Positions 1 to 14,305 of a DNA stretch of 64,000 nt are shown piece by piece; within the stretch, counting starts at the first letter, position 1; each line of letters begins with the position of its first letter. This DNA comes from Lingula anatina (lineage: Eukaryota; Animalia; Brachiopoda). Position numbers and translations under genes: made by a program. The notes below the pieces were generated by a model. The model had not been told where the DNA came from and did not search any database. It saw only the letters and a program-made list of their open reading frames with translations. The stretch is taken from positions 20,522,001 to 20,586,000 of the forward strand of contig CM120641.1 in the NCBI GenBank assembly GCA_051362555.1, read 5' to 3'.

Positions 1-634
1 GATCCTTTTCAAAATATTTTCTTCCATTTTCAAGTTTTTTTCTTGATACACTATCTAACTTTTCCCATTTAATTTGATTCTTCAAGTCTTTTTAAATAAT
101 TCAATACTGAACTTTTAGATTCTTTAAAGAATTTCCGTGAAGGCATGTGTCCATCCTAGAACTCCTCTGTGTTCATTAAAAGATTCTATGAGTTCGTTAA
201 TCCGCGCGTGTCACACAGCTGGGGTGCCGGTCACGCATATTAACCTACCACACACACACACACCACTGCATGTGCCCGCTTATATTGGATTAATAATCTC
301 TTCTATCGATGTTATGCACTATAACAAGGCTAGTTATCCTTGTTAAAGGTTTGGATGAGAATAGATAATTGGATCAACAAACATAATTCCAAAACACCAG
401 CCCCCCCGTCCTGTTGCTGTTCCACTAACGGCAGGGAGGCTTATCCCCAATAAATAAGGACAACTATTTTGCTTATTCCTTTAATTAGCCTTCATAGTGA
501 TCTCTGCCGGGATGCTCTCCACCTGCCGCGATTTGCATTCTATAGCTGTAATATGAAATTTTCCCTCCAAAATTAGCAACAAGTTGGAGAATAAAGATAA
601 TTGAGACTTTCATCAAGAATGAAAATCACAGCAG

Positions 635-647
635 GTGTGAGTGTGTA

Positions 648-685
<38 letters not shown>

Positions 686-690
686 TTTGT
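635..690. repeat. (GT)n microsatellite
   Basis: Interrupted GT dinucleotide run; explains spurious VCVC/HTHT ORFs. Confidence 0.9.
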
Positions 691-3600
691 GTTTTCTTGC
701 ACATGCAAATATATTTGTAACATAAGCAGTGTACCTGTGCAGATACAAATACCCATGCAAATTTTCCTGATTGTTTCACATATGCTCGCACAATGCGTTC
801 ACTTATGTTTCATAGAAAAAGACTAAAGACAAAAAAATGTGAGATGACCCGTTTTGGTGTAAAGCTAGAGCAGTGGCGACAATTATGTTAGAAACTGAGC
901 TGCCAGAGGTCTGCTTTTTAGTTCGATGCTATGCAAAGGAATCCACAACCCGAACACACATAGATATGGAATTGACACTTAGTTAATTAATATTAAAACC
1001 TCTTATTTTGAACTACACGCACACATGTTTATGTGGTATCCCATGTGACATCTGTATTCCAATGATAGTACAAGTATTGATTATTGATTATCAATTTATT
1101 ATTTGAAAATGTATGGATGAGATATTAGACTATCGAGCATCCAGGTTAATTCAAGGGGGAGGGGGTAGAAAAGTTAGAAGGAAACGCATTTTCGGATTAA
1201 GCCCGTTTTTTGGTCACCGAGACAAAAATATCCTTTTAATTATCTAGCAGTGCTTATAACATACCACAGGTTTTTAACTTTTGATCAAAATATAATAATT
1301 CGATCTTCGGAGGGAATTCCAGACTTCAGTTTTATATCATTATCTTGTAGTGTCAGAAACAAAATCATATCAGTCCTATTTTAATGATGATAGAAAGCAA
1401 TGTAGTAGCGGTATCCATCGTTCATTTCCGTAACCCGAATTATTTGATACGAATTTAACCGAACTCGGACGAATGGATTCAGTGTTAGGCCCCAGCTAAG
1501 TGATTTCTTGAACGTAAATAGGCTACCATATTGAATGCCTTGGGTTGCTGCAACAAATATTTTAACCCATTCTCATCTAATCTATTTCGTTATTATGTCT
1601 GAAAGCACAATACACGTACAATACATGTACGTCACATATAGGTATAGTATGTATGGTTATGCATGCACTAGCAGATTGCATGTGCTAGATGTTTCAAATT
1701 ACCATTTGGTATAAGTTAACATTTCCTTCCGAGCTGATATATAGAGTTTCTTTACACACATGTATTTATTCTGTAACATAGCGTGACGCGCTCCGTGTTC
1801 AGAAATAGATTAACTGTTGGTTTGAACCGTAGTGCCTCACACACAGTGACACATACATTTGAATACGAGCAAAAAAAAAACCCCTTCCTACTGAGAGTCT
1901 TTCACTTACTTAGTAAAGTATAGCTATATAAAGTTGCAGCAGACGGGAGCAAACATTCTCTAACTTTCAATACACTGGGGAATAAGTACAACTGCAACCA
2001 AGCGAAGTGAGATTATCAAAAATGAAAAGCCAATTATCCGATCCTTCACATTCATTACCTTCCTATTGATTTCAGTGTTAAAGCGAACACAGGCCTGTTT
2101 CGCCTCTGCTTAGTACATATACCGAAAACACGCATGCGCATAATAGCTAAATTGTTTACAGAGGTGATTTTTCTATTTTTCTTTTTGTTTTACTTTATCC
2201 GAACTGACCTGGATTTCGGAGTCCACCAGGAATTACCCTCGCTGAAGTGTATGCTACATGCAAGACCTGGTCTCCGACCTCTGTGTGTACATTATTTACA
2301 AATTCAATAACTGATAGACGTTTTATGATCTCAATCAGGGTGCGTACCACGACCATTGTCTAAAGTGCTAATCTAGTTCTAATCAAATTAAAACCCACCA
2401 GCCTGAGGAAAATATTTCAATAAGACGCAAGCATCGGAATCGAAACAAATATTCATCACAGATACTTATTCTGAAGGAAGGAAATGTGCTTCCATTATCT
2501 TTTTGTTATTTGTCATGTTTGATCTCACCATATTTCTTCCCATCCAAATCTTATGTTTTAGACTTATCTTTTATTGGATATCTACGAAATAAGCATGAGC
2601 ATGAGCATTTTTACTTTCCCTTCTTTCATCTACATGTATGGCTCCTAATGCACAGAAGGTATTCTAATACTCCTGCCAGACTTACACAATGTGCTCTCCT
2701 CTCCAAAGCCATGTTGCATAATGCTCCACAGTACATATGTAATATGAATTATATGAAGCTATGGTAGATTCATGATATGCTTTCGACGGCAGGTGGTTCC
2801 TCAGCCGATAATGATGATGGAACGACTACAAGATACATTGGCGTGGAAATAGATACATGCATAAACAAAGTTACCTATGCCAGGTGTGATAACAATAACA
2901 CTGATAACACACATACTGTGTTGCATGTAAGTTGCTGATAGGGTTAATACACATTTAGCTCATCATCCTCCCCTCAAACCCATTCCGTAACGAAGGATTA
3001 AGAAATCATCTTTAAACTCGAACCGGTTTCTGGTATTACGTGTGCCAGTTTCCGCATAACCAACCAAAGCGTGCTTACGTACGCTAACACTGCTATACAA
3101 CATGCGTAGAGAGACATATATAAGGAGTGCTTTATCCTGTTGTAATCGGTTTAAGCTTAGAACACAGCATGAAAAGATGAACGTTTCTGATGTAACCTAA
3201 AAGCAGGATGAAGCCTCATCATGGCTGCCACATCGTCACGTGGTGAGGGCAAGTGTTAATCACAGAAACTATCAACCCTCATCATGCTCGGCGATGGAAA
3301 TGAAAAAGAACGTAGAATGTAATCAAGACAGCAATTTCCAAGATTTGTGGGCAATAAATACGATGATTTCTTGTCGATATTTTTTCTCTGTCGTCTTTCC
3401 CGGCCAGAGTTATTATTTTTCCATTGAATATAATATAAGGGAGACGGTCTTGCTTTGATGAAACATTGGGACATAATAATGTAATTTAAGTTCAGATGGG
3501 ACATAATAATGTTATTTAACTTCAAGGGAATAGTAGTAGATCCAACTTTCATATCATTATCCTTGCACATTTTTGCACTTACTAATTCGCCTTATGCCTC

Positions 3601-5196
3601 TGATAACAAGATAGAAATGGAATGTAACGAAGGGAGGGTTAGCGTTTAACAGTTTCAGCCAATTTCACAATATCAGACTTTCTGTCTTTTTTTCAGTAAT
3701 AAAATATTGCTTATGCGTGTGGGTCTCCGTTTTTTCTGTGTAAAAAAATCTATTTCCGTGAAGAAAAAATCTGTCGAAATCAAATTACCTTCCTAAAAAT
3801 ACTTAACAGTGACGTAGATAGGAAACAGCCGGCATAACCCTGAGTCCCATGCCGCAGATCATATTGTGTGCATCTAATTGTTTTTCTCTTCTTGTAGAGA
3901 AAGATCGAACCTAATGTTGGCACTGCATTATTTCTAAACATGCAAATATTCTTTAAATAGAACGGAGGTTTTGCTTATTAAACAAACCAAAGAACGACAA
4001 ACCAAAAATAACTTGGCCTATCAGACACATATTTAAACACAAATTCAACTTTTCTTAAAGAATATTGTTTCGGTGTTTTACGTGGTGACATAGACCGCTC
4101 TCTTTCCCCTCTTTTTGGGATTGCACTTGGTTTTGCACTTTGCAGCCTGACGCATTCCGCCTTTTCATCTGCCTATTAATATATGAACCTGTTATTTATG
4201 ACAGGTATTATCTTCCATTACTAACATTACTACATAAATAACGCCGACAATACTTGTGGTACGAGTTCCATCCGCAATATCATATGGACGTCCTGATTTC
4301 TCGATAATCTCGGTACCGCAATTCAGTATTAACTATCTTTAAGAAAACCTTAATATTAATCTTATGACAATATGACATAATCTGGAAAAAGAAAATATGA
4401 CTCTCCTTACCGCAGACTTCTCTACCAACATGTCGGGCTGATAACAATTTTCTCCTCCTGATGTTTCAGCCATAACAGAATTATTCTTTTTCTTTTGTAT
4501 TTATCATTGGCATATAATATTTTTATGGAGAATGCCCCATAAAAGAATCTATTACTATTACACACACTTCGGGGGTTCTAGGAAATATTCTATATATTTA
4601 TTACGGATGCCTCTGTGTAATCATGAAGCGGGTGTTTTCTGCGAAAAAACAACCCCCTGAATAGGTAAAATGCCACTGCTTTCAAATGTGTCACGGTCTA
4701 TACTATACATCTAATTCAATGGAACATAAAATGCGCATGCAATCCTGGTAGATTTTGAGAGAAATGCATTCTGCAAATTAACGATTTTTTCGATAGGGTT
4801 CAACGTGAGAACATTTGAGGACAGAAATGAGAAAAAAATATGCAGAACGGTTGGGCAACTTTGACTCTCAAATCACATACGATTATTGATCGTCTGGATT
4901 GATTAATCCCTTCATCTGGCCAGTTCTCCATTGGTATTCCGTCCAAAGGATACAGTTCAGTGAAGTGTGTATTTAGAGCGAAACAAAAGGCAAAACATAG
5001 CATATTGTGGTTTTAGAGAGACGCATGGCCTTATTACTCAGATAACCGTGCTGAATGAGAATATACAAAATGTAGATATGGAAGAAGGGCCATAACTTGG
5101 TGCCCCCCTCTTCTCTCGGTCTACAAAAATGGATTAACGTGTGAATTGATCAAATGTACTTTACTTTGCAGCACTTAACGTATTATCTCTATTGAA

Positions 5197-5212
5197 ACAC
5201 ACACACACACAC

Positions 5213-5258
<46 letters not shown>
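5197..5258. repeat. compound (CA)n/(GA)n microsatellite
   Basis: Directly visible. Confidence 0.9.
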
Positions 5259-5262
<4 letters not shown>

Positions 5263-5512
5263 GAAATGATACTGGCACATAAATCGTATACTTATCGCTC
5301 GATTAAATAATTAAATGCGCGGTTGTATTGTTAATTGTGCGCTTGAAAGAGGAGAGAGAGAAAAGGGACACAGTGTGAAGAGTAAAGAAAAACGCGCGCA
5401 ATTGAAAGATATTGAAAGATGCGCGAGTTGTCAACCCGATAAACCCAAAGTATAAATCATTCAACTCAAACAATACGTGCGTCATTGATATTAAACAAGC
5501 ACTGTTCCATAC

Positions 5513-5534
5513 CTGAGTAGCTGTCGTATTCCAT
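5513..5534 (-). CDS. candidate short first coding exon (MEYDSYS + phase-1 G) of a gene extending left out of the window
   Basis: Minus strand reads gcaccATGGAATACGACAGCTACTCAG|gtatgg: strong Kozak context followed by a CAG|GTATG donor. No downstream exon was identified in 1-5500. Confidence 0.35.
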
Positions 5535-6242
5535 GGTGCTCCGTTGCGTGGTTCACTATATGGCCAGTATTTACGTCAACTCTTCATTATAAATGTCCAT
5601 ATAGTCCAATATTCTAAACGAACAGTATTAAAATTTCACTACATCTCTGTGATGTCGGTCAGAGTCTCAACCCATCCCGTAATAAATATTTCTTCACAGA
5701 ACAGCAATTTGACACCTTGTCTTTCGCTGCCAGCTACAAAATGGGATTCCCAGATTTGGATATGACCAAAATATAGGCTTACTTTATATTTGCTAAGACC
5801 GCGTTACGTGTTCTCAATCTATCACGGCATTGTATTTTGGGCCAGATAACAAGCATGCCTCGGTTAGTGCCTATTTGCTACTTTAAGCTACATGTACAGC
5901 TGTTCGGCAATTAGTGGAACACTGGAGAGGAGTCCCTCACAGTTGGGACACGGGCATAGATCAACATTCATGCACCGTAACGGCGTTGCGGTTACAATAC
6001 AGGTAAATACAGGTATAGGTAAGTGTGGCGGAGAAGAGCAGAAACCACTTGCCGTCTGGAGATAGACTGAATACTATCAAAGCAAATAAAACAGGTGCGC
6101 TGAGAATACTGCAGAAGGAGTACGCGCACTTGCTATGTGAGGAGAGGGAAAACCTCAGAGGTAAAGAGAGGGTTGAAGCATGCACATGAAATCTATTTCA
6201 ATTCAATTCATAAAACGAGTCCGTTTAAATGAATAAAATCTA

Positions 6243-6265
6243 AAAATAAATAAATAAATAAATAA

Positions 6266-6296
<31 letters not shown>

Positions 6297-6310
6297 AATA
6301 AAAATAAAAA
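6243..6310. repeat. AT-rich (AAAT/AAT/AAAAAT)n simple repeat
   Basis: Directly visible. Confidence 0.85.
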
Positions 6311-9300
6311 ACTTGTCAACGTATGATATATGAAAAAAAAGATAAAAAATAAAAACAAAACCAACATGACGTCCAACTTCAGTTTCAATGCCGTTGCTCT
6401 GATTTATTTTTCATTATATTCAGCCACACAATGTAAGAGGATAGGCCTATTATTGAAAGACAATCGGTAAGTACGAAGAAAGAAGAGTTACTGTGGAGAA
6501 TTATATAATACTTTATGAGAAAATAAGACCTAATTTCAACATATGTGCACCAGTCAGAAGAAATTTATAAAATTTACTGCGTTAGGTGATACATCGCGCT
6601 GCATTTTATGCAGATTTACATGTATAAAAGCAACTACATTTAGGTCTATCCTACAGATTTTACCATCCTTTTCCTTTTTTCAGATTTTATCATGCGGCCA
6701 ATGCCTTGCCCGACTATAGAATTACGTATCTTAAGAAAGTTAAGGCGAGAAATTGTGTATATGTCCTTCCAGACTCCATCACTGTATAATTATTGTTCAT
6801 TTTCCTGTTATTTTGCGTTTATTTTCTTCCTCGAAGCGTACATAAACCAGCTATGATTCGCTTAATGCCACAGCAATTTCGAAGTGCTAAAGCAAATACT
6901 TACATTATAGTTACAAAAGAGTGTGCTCGACTTCCTTCATTTCGAGTTATTACACTTTATTTCAACAGCTCATCCGTCAACCCGTCTGCTCTGGAGCCAT
7001 CAAACGTTACTCCAGACCAATCCTAATTCAAAACGTTATAAAAAATACGACAAAATGACTCTTCTAAATGCGGCAGCCTAATCGAAATATAGCTATTTAA
7101 AAGACGACAAAATCAGACTGTCTCCCTTAAACGATGTTACCTAGCGTAGGAGCACGATTGAAACATTGCCATGCAATAGATTTCAACACCAACTTGATCT
7201 CTTTAAAATTGTGTAACTAAAAGATGGAATTCAATAGACACATTGTAATTAAAAAAGCAACCAAATTCTGGGCTGCCTCTTCAGCTGCGTGTGTTATGTT
7301 TTATTAAGTTCCCGAGAATAGAAAACGCGTTCCAGAACAATTTTGAGTCATAATGTGGTGGCTGCTAATGGTATAGCGTCATAGTTGCCTTCCATCTGTG
7401 TCCATCGATTGTTGGTCTCTTGGGCACTGGCAACGTTAATGCATTAACTCTGGACTGGCGTTCGAGTGAGGAAAGAGGCTATGCCTGCTCAAAACGCCTT
7501 TGATGAGGAAAGGGACCCATTACGGAACTTAAGGCTTAATTTCAAAACCGAAACGTTATTTGTTGATTTTCTGTCTGTGTGCGCATGGGTGTGCGCGCGA
7601 GCGCTTGTTGATAACGTTAACCTTAAATTCGTAACAAAGAGTGAATTAAGTTCAAATAGCTTTCGCCGAAAGAGGGATTTTTGGATGGTACAAGACTTCT
7701 AGTGAAGTTTGCATGTATCAGAAATTTCGACTTACGATTTACAGAAGTAGTTTTTAATATTCAGAACGAGATCACCCATTCAATATGTGAAAAAAGGCAG
7801 TGATCAGAGTTGATAGTCAATTCACTGAAAGAGAGGAGGAATTTATAAACGTGTCTTCGTTTAACAAACAATTCACCAATAATAGAATAACAATTTAATT
7901 TATCTCACATGAAAAGATTCCTGTAAATTGTGAATATCATATACATTTTCCGCGAGTCCCCATAAGGGTTTACTCAGAAATACTGAAAATACCGTGTCTG
8001 ATCAATATTTTCTGTTGCTAACCGCCAGTTGAAAAAAATGAAAGAGAAATTGGGGCCACCGATAGCAGCGTCTCGTGAATAGCAATGATGTTTGAAAGCG
8101 TGATTTATCTTCATTATGGAACTCAAAATTAAGAATACATTCCAATTACAGCTGCCAGCCATGACGTATATCTGAAGGAAAAAAATGCTTTGTCAGAAAA
8201 AACAGAGTTGTTCAATACAGAAAAACTGCAATGCTGTTCATAAACGCCAATTTGATTTAAATATATTTACCTCTAAGCCGTTTTAAGGGTAATGACCAAT
8301 TTCTAAGGTTATATCTGTACAATGGCACTACGATACAAATCTAAATGAAAGTGTCAAAATATTCAAGTCGGGGCTTCCTTCTTGTTTGTATTCAGTTGCC
8401 ATGATGTGTTTGGTATCTTTATTTACCATGATGCCTCAAATTGTTTGCCCTGAACGTGGAGATGTTTTATTAAGAGGATAGGGGTGAACCTGGATTTATA
8501 TGTAGGACGGATAAAACTTTTAGAGACCCCCATTGGGCAAAAGAATCTGGTTTTTATGTAAGCCGCTTTGCTGAATCGATGTTTGCCGCAGCCAGCCAAA
8601 AGCGCCAAGTGCTCAAGTGACGTTAAATAGCATTACAATTGATTTATTGGACAACGAAGAGCAAGCTGTGGAACTCGCAGCTGAATCTGATGACTGTGGA
8701 TCATATGGGCTTGCAATGGCCGCACATATCAACATATTTTATACAACCAATACACAACCATGGTTACATGTATTATCACTTACCTAACCTTAGGCGGCAT
8801 TGGCACAGCTGTAAGCCAGGTGCGCACGTTTAAATACAATATAGCCATTCCTTTTTACAACCGGGAAAAAAATTGGGTGACCAAGTTTTAAAAAGCCATT
8901 TAAGGCTGAAACTTCATGCTGTGTTTTATCTAAAAGGGATGTTGTAAAGGTTATCGCTTTTCTAAAAAAGACAGGTCTCAGGATTTTGTCGTTTAAAATA
9001 TATAATTAACCAGTTTTCTTTCGACATCGTCAGTTTCTCTCATGTATCGATCATCCCTCTATCAAGTTTTCAACTAAAATATACTAAAGATACATATCCT
9101 GCACGTTCACTAAGCTAAAGCAAATTGAACGGTTACCTGCATTTGCTCATCGTGTCTAGCCCTATTGCAGGTTTTGTTGAGATGTATTATTATTTTTATC
9201 TGAAAAAAGGTGGAACATACTTTTGATACATAAACTCAGGCTATCAAGAAAAATTGTGAAGATTAAAAACATAAAAGCAGGTACTATCCTTTTTAGAATA

Positions 9301-10761
9301 GAATCAATTCCACTTGTCTTCTTTTGCACTTTTGAATACTATTCACTCTCTATTATAGACAAAATATTGCATTTGATCCCACGCGAATGAAACATTTTCA
9401 TTAAAAAGGCCATGTTTTCCAATCAAACACTAAGAAAGTACAGTAGATTTACGGTTACAAGCTCGTTTGGTAATTGATAGGGTGGGTAAATTGATTGAGC
9501 TATGAATCATAGGACTGGTTACTAAAATGTCCAAAATGACCAAGTCTTACATTACGGTCGATAATCTACATCCAACCTCGCATTTGTACTGAACAGCGAC
9601 ATTTTATATATGAACCCCATAACAAATGCACCTGTCACGTGATTGGACTTAATTAGACCCAGTAATGGAGCCATTTGTGGCAACAAGGGTGGGATGGGGG
9701 GGGGGGGGGCTGATATTATTACCTCACATTGGAACAGGCGGACATCTGCTGTCAGTTCTGGATAATGTAATTTTGGTGATGTAGGGATCATCTGAGAATG
9801 ATTTATCTGTGAAAAGACGCACGTATTAGCGGGTTTCATCTGTTGTTTGTATGTTTATCTCATAATTATTTTGGGCAAGTTTTTCACTAATGACATAATT
9901 GCTACAAAATGTTATAGACGCTCTGCTCTGTCCCAGTCACCCATATTAATCGAGTTTTGGCTTAATGGCCATGAATAATGGGCAGTGATATGAACGAGGG
10001 ATGAAGAAAAGACTAATTACTTTTATTTTTTAACATGTATAAACCTATCTATTCTTATTTATAAACCATGCAAACGTCGGAGAGAAAAAGAAATAAAAGG
10101 CGTTGTAATGATTGTCGCTAAAGAAATGTCTCAAAACTTCTTTCAAATGAATATATGGTTGACATAGCTCGCCTTTTTGTCTCTTGTGTGTATTAATATT
10201 TGTCAAAAAGACCTAGTTTAAAAGAAGAAAAACCTTGGTTAGAATGACGTATCCTGAATTTAAGATAATGTAAGTGCAAATAATCTTAAACCAGACATAT
10301 TAGAAACAAACGCCCTACACGCACCATAAAAACATTATGCACAGCCAGAAACACATTTGCATGAAATACAGACTACATCATAACTGCTACCGTCCAAAAC
10401 CATCGGTGACACGCTACATTTGAGAACCAACACTGTAAGACTGTCCCCAAATTATTTGGTGCTTGTGAAACTATATCACACCACATCTACAGTATAAAAA
10501 GGAAAAACAAGGCATTTCTTCAAAGGCTTGCATTTACTATGCAGGAGGTACTTGAGAGGCAGTGGGTGATAATGTGTAGATGGCTGTCACGAATTTCACG
10601 CAACATATGATATTGTCCACCGAAACCAACACTACGCTTCCTGAAAATCAATACACATCACACGACAGGCTCTGACGCTTTAACAGCAGCTTCGTGGATA
10701 TTAAATACAACGCGGGGGCGTTTGAGTCCGGGGAATGATGGAAGCGAAATAAGTAATGGGC

Positions 10762-11050
10762 AGTTGACACTTCTTTCATTGAGATCACCATTGTACTGAG
10801 TCCCAAAAATGAAAGGGGGGTTCACATTACTCTCAAGTTAATCACTTTGGGTGAGAAAATCAAAAACTTAAGGGGGAGTTGGCGCTCACATTTCTTTCCT
10901 TAATGCCGTCCTTGTATTGAATCTCAAAAACACAAGGAGAGTTCACATTAATTTCATTAAGATCCTCCTTGAACGGAATGTCAGTAACGTACAGACAAAT
11001 TCACATTACTCTCATTGAGAGCATGCTTGAATTGAATCTAAAAAATGCAG
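10762..11050. repeat. degenerate ~58-bp minisatellite, about 5 units
   Basis: Units begin near 10763, 10820, 10884, 10941 and 10999, approximate consensus gttcacattactctcattgagatcacc-ttgaactgaatctcaaaaa. Confidence 0.7.
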
Positions 11051-12821
11051 TATTTAGTCAGCATTTAGATCGTTCATGAATTTCAAAAATCGTACATTGT
11101 GCTTAATAATGGAACATGTACTTATGATGTAAAAATCGGACTCGGCGGTGCTCGCCGCCCATAAAATGTTAAGTCAGGCGTGAATTGCTTTAAAATTTGC
11201 AAGCTGTATAAAAGTAATGTATGTAATGTGATCGCATGTAATGTCATTTTATGCTGCTTTCCACCTCAACCTTTTGGAGTTATTTAAACGTAATTAAAAT
11301 TTTTCTATGTTAACGCTGCCTGAGAATCACAAAGATGCATAGCAAGGAAAATTTGAAGATTAAGTTTGAAATGATACTTGCGTCCTTTGGGTATCGATAA
11401 TTCTATATATTTGAACAGCATATTTCAAATGTTGTCCATGATAAAAGTTCTCACTTCGAATGCTCGCACTGTAATCTTGTTAGAATGCAACTGATACCCG
11501 AAACAATATTTTCTTGACAATTTGTCAAACAACTGTGCTTTGCTCCATTATCAATATTTTAAAAGTAAGGTAACGTTTTTACAGAATGAAATTGACATTT
11601 AATTGTTTAACAACACTATGAATGCACCCCAAAAAGTAAATAAAAAATTACAACGAGAAAAATAACAAAATACACAAGGAAGAATTATGTTATTAAATCG
11701 TTTTCAGTTAATTCCCTTTCCCCCTTCTTCACGGCGAAATGCGTTTTACAGCAAGTGCCAATTTCATTAACTGCCTAACCGACAGGTTCCTTGTTATAAA
11801 ATCTCCTTCAGCATGCATGCAATACAGAAGCATTGCCGCAATATAACCCGAGAAGACTTTCACATGTTAAATGTTTCACACACGTACACTTATAGCCTAT
11901 ATAGTGTTAAGGGTCGGAAGACGCATCCATCCATAAGCCTGACTACTGTCACCATTACTGCACCAGTCTCCGACGAGCAGGAAGAATCCATCCAATTATG
12001 ACGAAGATGATGACTTAAGGCCGTTTGATTAAATTTAATATATCTTTATCGGGAAGCATTCTCTAGGTCTAAGCCCACTCGTTACCAACAACGTCGATTG
12101 CCAATGCGAAATGAATATCGCATTCATTACTGGGTAGCTATGGCAACTTGCATTCGAGAGTCGCGAACCAGAATGGTCGACCGACCACGACGTCATGTCA
12201 CTATTGGTGGGTTAATTCAAGGTTTGCTGGGTATTGTTTAGAACAAAGGTGATAACAAGTATAAAATAGTGTCAGATTCATTCCATTTCCATCGCCATTT
12301 GATACATAACACTTGTAAAGCACGCCGTCGATAAGCATTTCAGTTACTGCAACGCCACGCCTTGTCGGAGAGAATTATCATAAAGCTACATAATGATAAC
12401 TAACCAGATCTTACAGAGGTTTCTCGACAAATGGTATTACGTTGCTCAATCTGCAAACATTGTCATTCATTGAATTCCTGAATTATTTGGAGGGCTGACT
12501 TCTTTTAAGCACCATCTCCCCTGAGAATTACGTCACGCTACTGTTCAGAATATCATTACGCATATTATACATAGATCTGAATTTACGCCACGCACTTCAT
12601 AACTCATCAATAAGAAGAATTGCCCCTTCCCCCTGGCTGTCTCAAATGAAAGGATATCGGTAGTGTTGTCAGAAATGGACATGCAATACAAAACAGAGGT
12701 TTGTGAGACTTGATATCAATCGTGTATATACACGTTCTGCGACATAAGCAGCGAATCGATATTTGATCAAGAACAAGCAGAACACGAGGAAAGCGTGTCA
12801 GAATTCTTGCCTTACACTTAC

Positions 12822-12872
12822 CTTCCAAACCAGAATGAATTCAGTGTCATCAGAAAAAATACCCAACACCAT
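12822..12872 (-). other. candidate alternative first exon (coding MVLGIFSDDTEFILVWK, or non-coding) of a minus-strand gene
   Basis: Perfect AAG|GTAAGT donor at 12821-12816; ATG at 12872; YY1-type CAAAATGGCGG motif at ~12910-12921 just upstream. Confidence 0.3.
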
Positions 12873-14166
12873 GATCACGAAATAAAAACGGTTGCTCTCA
12901 AGTAACTGTCCGCCATTTTGACATATTTGGTAATGTTTATGATCTTACGATCAATTGTCGCACAGAGCTTGATGCAGATGAATCTGTTTGTTCCTGGGAT
13001 ATACGCTTGGCTGGTTTTAACTTGGAGTCTCTAACACGGGTGGAGCTCTCGTCGCGGAAGCACAGGGTCCACTGTTTCACTTCCCTGTATGGTAAGCGTC
13101 GTTTTGGGTATTCACAGAACAGTCCATGTGCGGGCACTCGCTAGCATCGATATGCCATATTTCTGTGTGTTCCCATTCACTGCTGAACTCCAACTAATGT
13201 GGTCTGGCATACAAATGAGGAAGCTATTGATTTTTAAAAATGTAATTTACAGACCTATTGGTTGTGCCTGTATATTCTGTGGCGGCGTTCGGGAGCAAAG
13301 CTTCGCCAATCCTCGGGGCTCCACGCGGCAGAGTAAACACTGGGAATTATAGGGAAAACGGCAATGAATTATTAAACAGCTTAGATGACTTTTGACTGTC
13401 AATGGATTTTTTTACTGTAGCGTCTGCAGTGCAATTGGGGTCAAAGCAACCTGAGATCAAACTCGGGACAGAAACCAAAAGCGTCCACCGTTTCAGGACA
13501 GATAATCATGGTTGCCGGTCGTGCTCGTGATTTTTCCCAGGGCAAAAGATTAGTAATAAAAGAATATTCCGCCTATCTTGTCCTCCCATTATCAGTAGAC
13601 CACTAGGTGTGTAATGCAGACTCACGTAATCTAAGGACAGATAATGATTAGAAATAACACTTGTGCCATCTGATAGGAGTGCCTGCGTAATACGTGGGTG
13701 TGATGGGATAGCACGGGCTCATTGTCTCCAGTGATCGTCCATCCAGTCTCAAAGAGAGCACCTTAAACATCATTTCTTTAATTAAACGCTCTGCACGAAA
13801 CACCTATTGCTTTATAAGATACGGTGCTTAGGTGTGATAAATGACAATGGTCTCGAAATGTATATAATATAAACCTAGAATCACATGACTCTGAGAGAAC
13901 CAGAATCCGGAACGAACTTAAAATGAGTCATAGTCAGAATCAATGAGCTTGGTCTAGAACAACTGCATAACAAACATATCTGAAGAGGGGCATTCCGTTG
14001 GATATATTTGTGCCATGCTCCTACTGTATCTGTTACTTAAAACCACACATAGCTTTACAACCCCAGCTTTTGTGATGTTATTGTAATACTTAAACTATTG
14101 GTTTTGTAGAACCAGTTGAATCGTTTCTGAAATATGAAATTAGTTTCATTGGATCTCAATTTTGAT

Positions 14167-14305
14167 AGTCGGAAAGTTTTCATTTTATGATAGATCCAGA
14201 TATTTGATTTACCTGTTGACTGTTCCGTCTGTTCACTCTGACAGACTTGGTCACAACTAGTAAATCAAATATCTGGATCTATCATAAAATGAAAACTTTC
14301 TGACT
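14167..14305. repeat. near-perfect inverted repeat/hairpin (46-bp arms), probable MITE or foldback element
   Basis: agtcggaaagttttcattttatgatagatccagatatttgatttac (14167-14212) is the reverse complement of 14260-14305 with one mismatch; extra inner pairing gtctgt/acagac. Confidence 0.85.
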
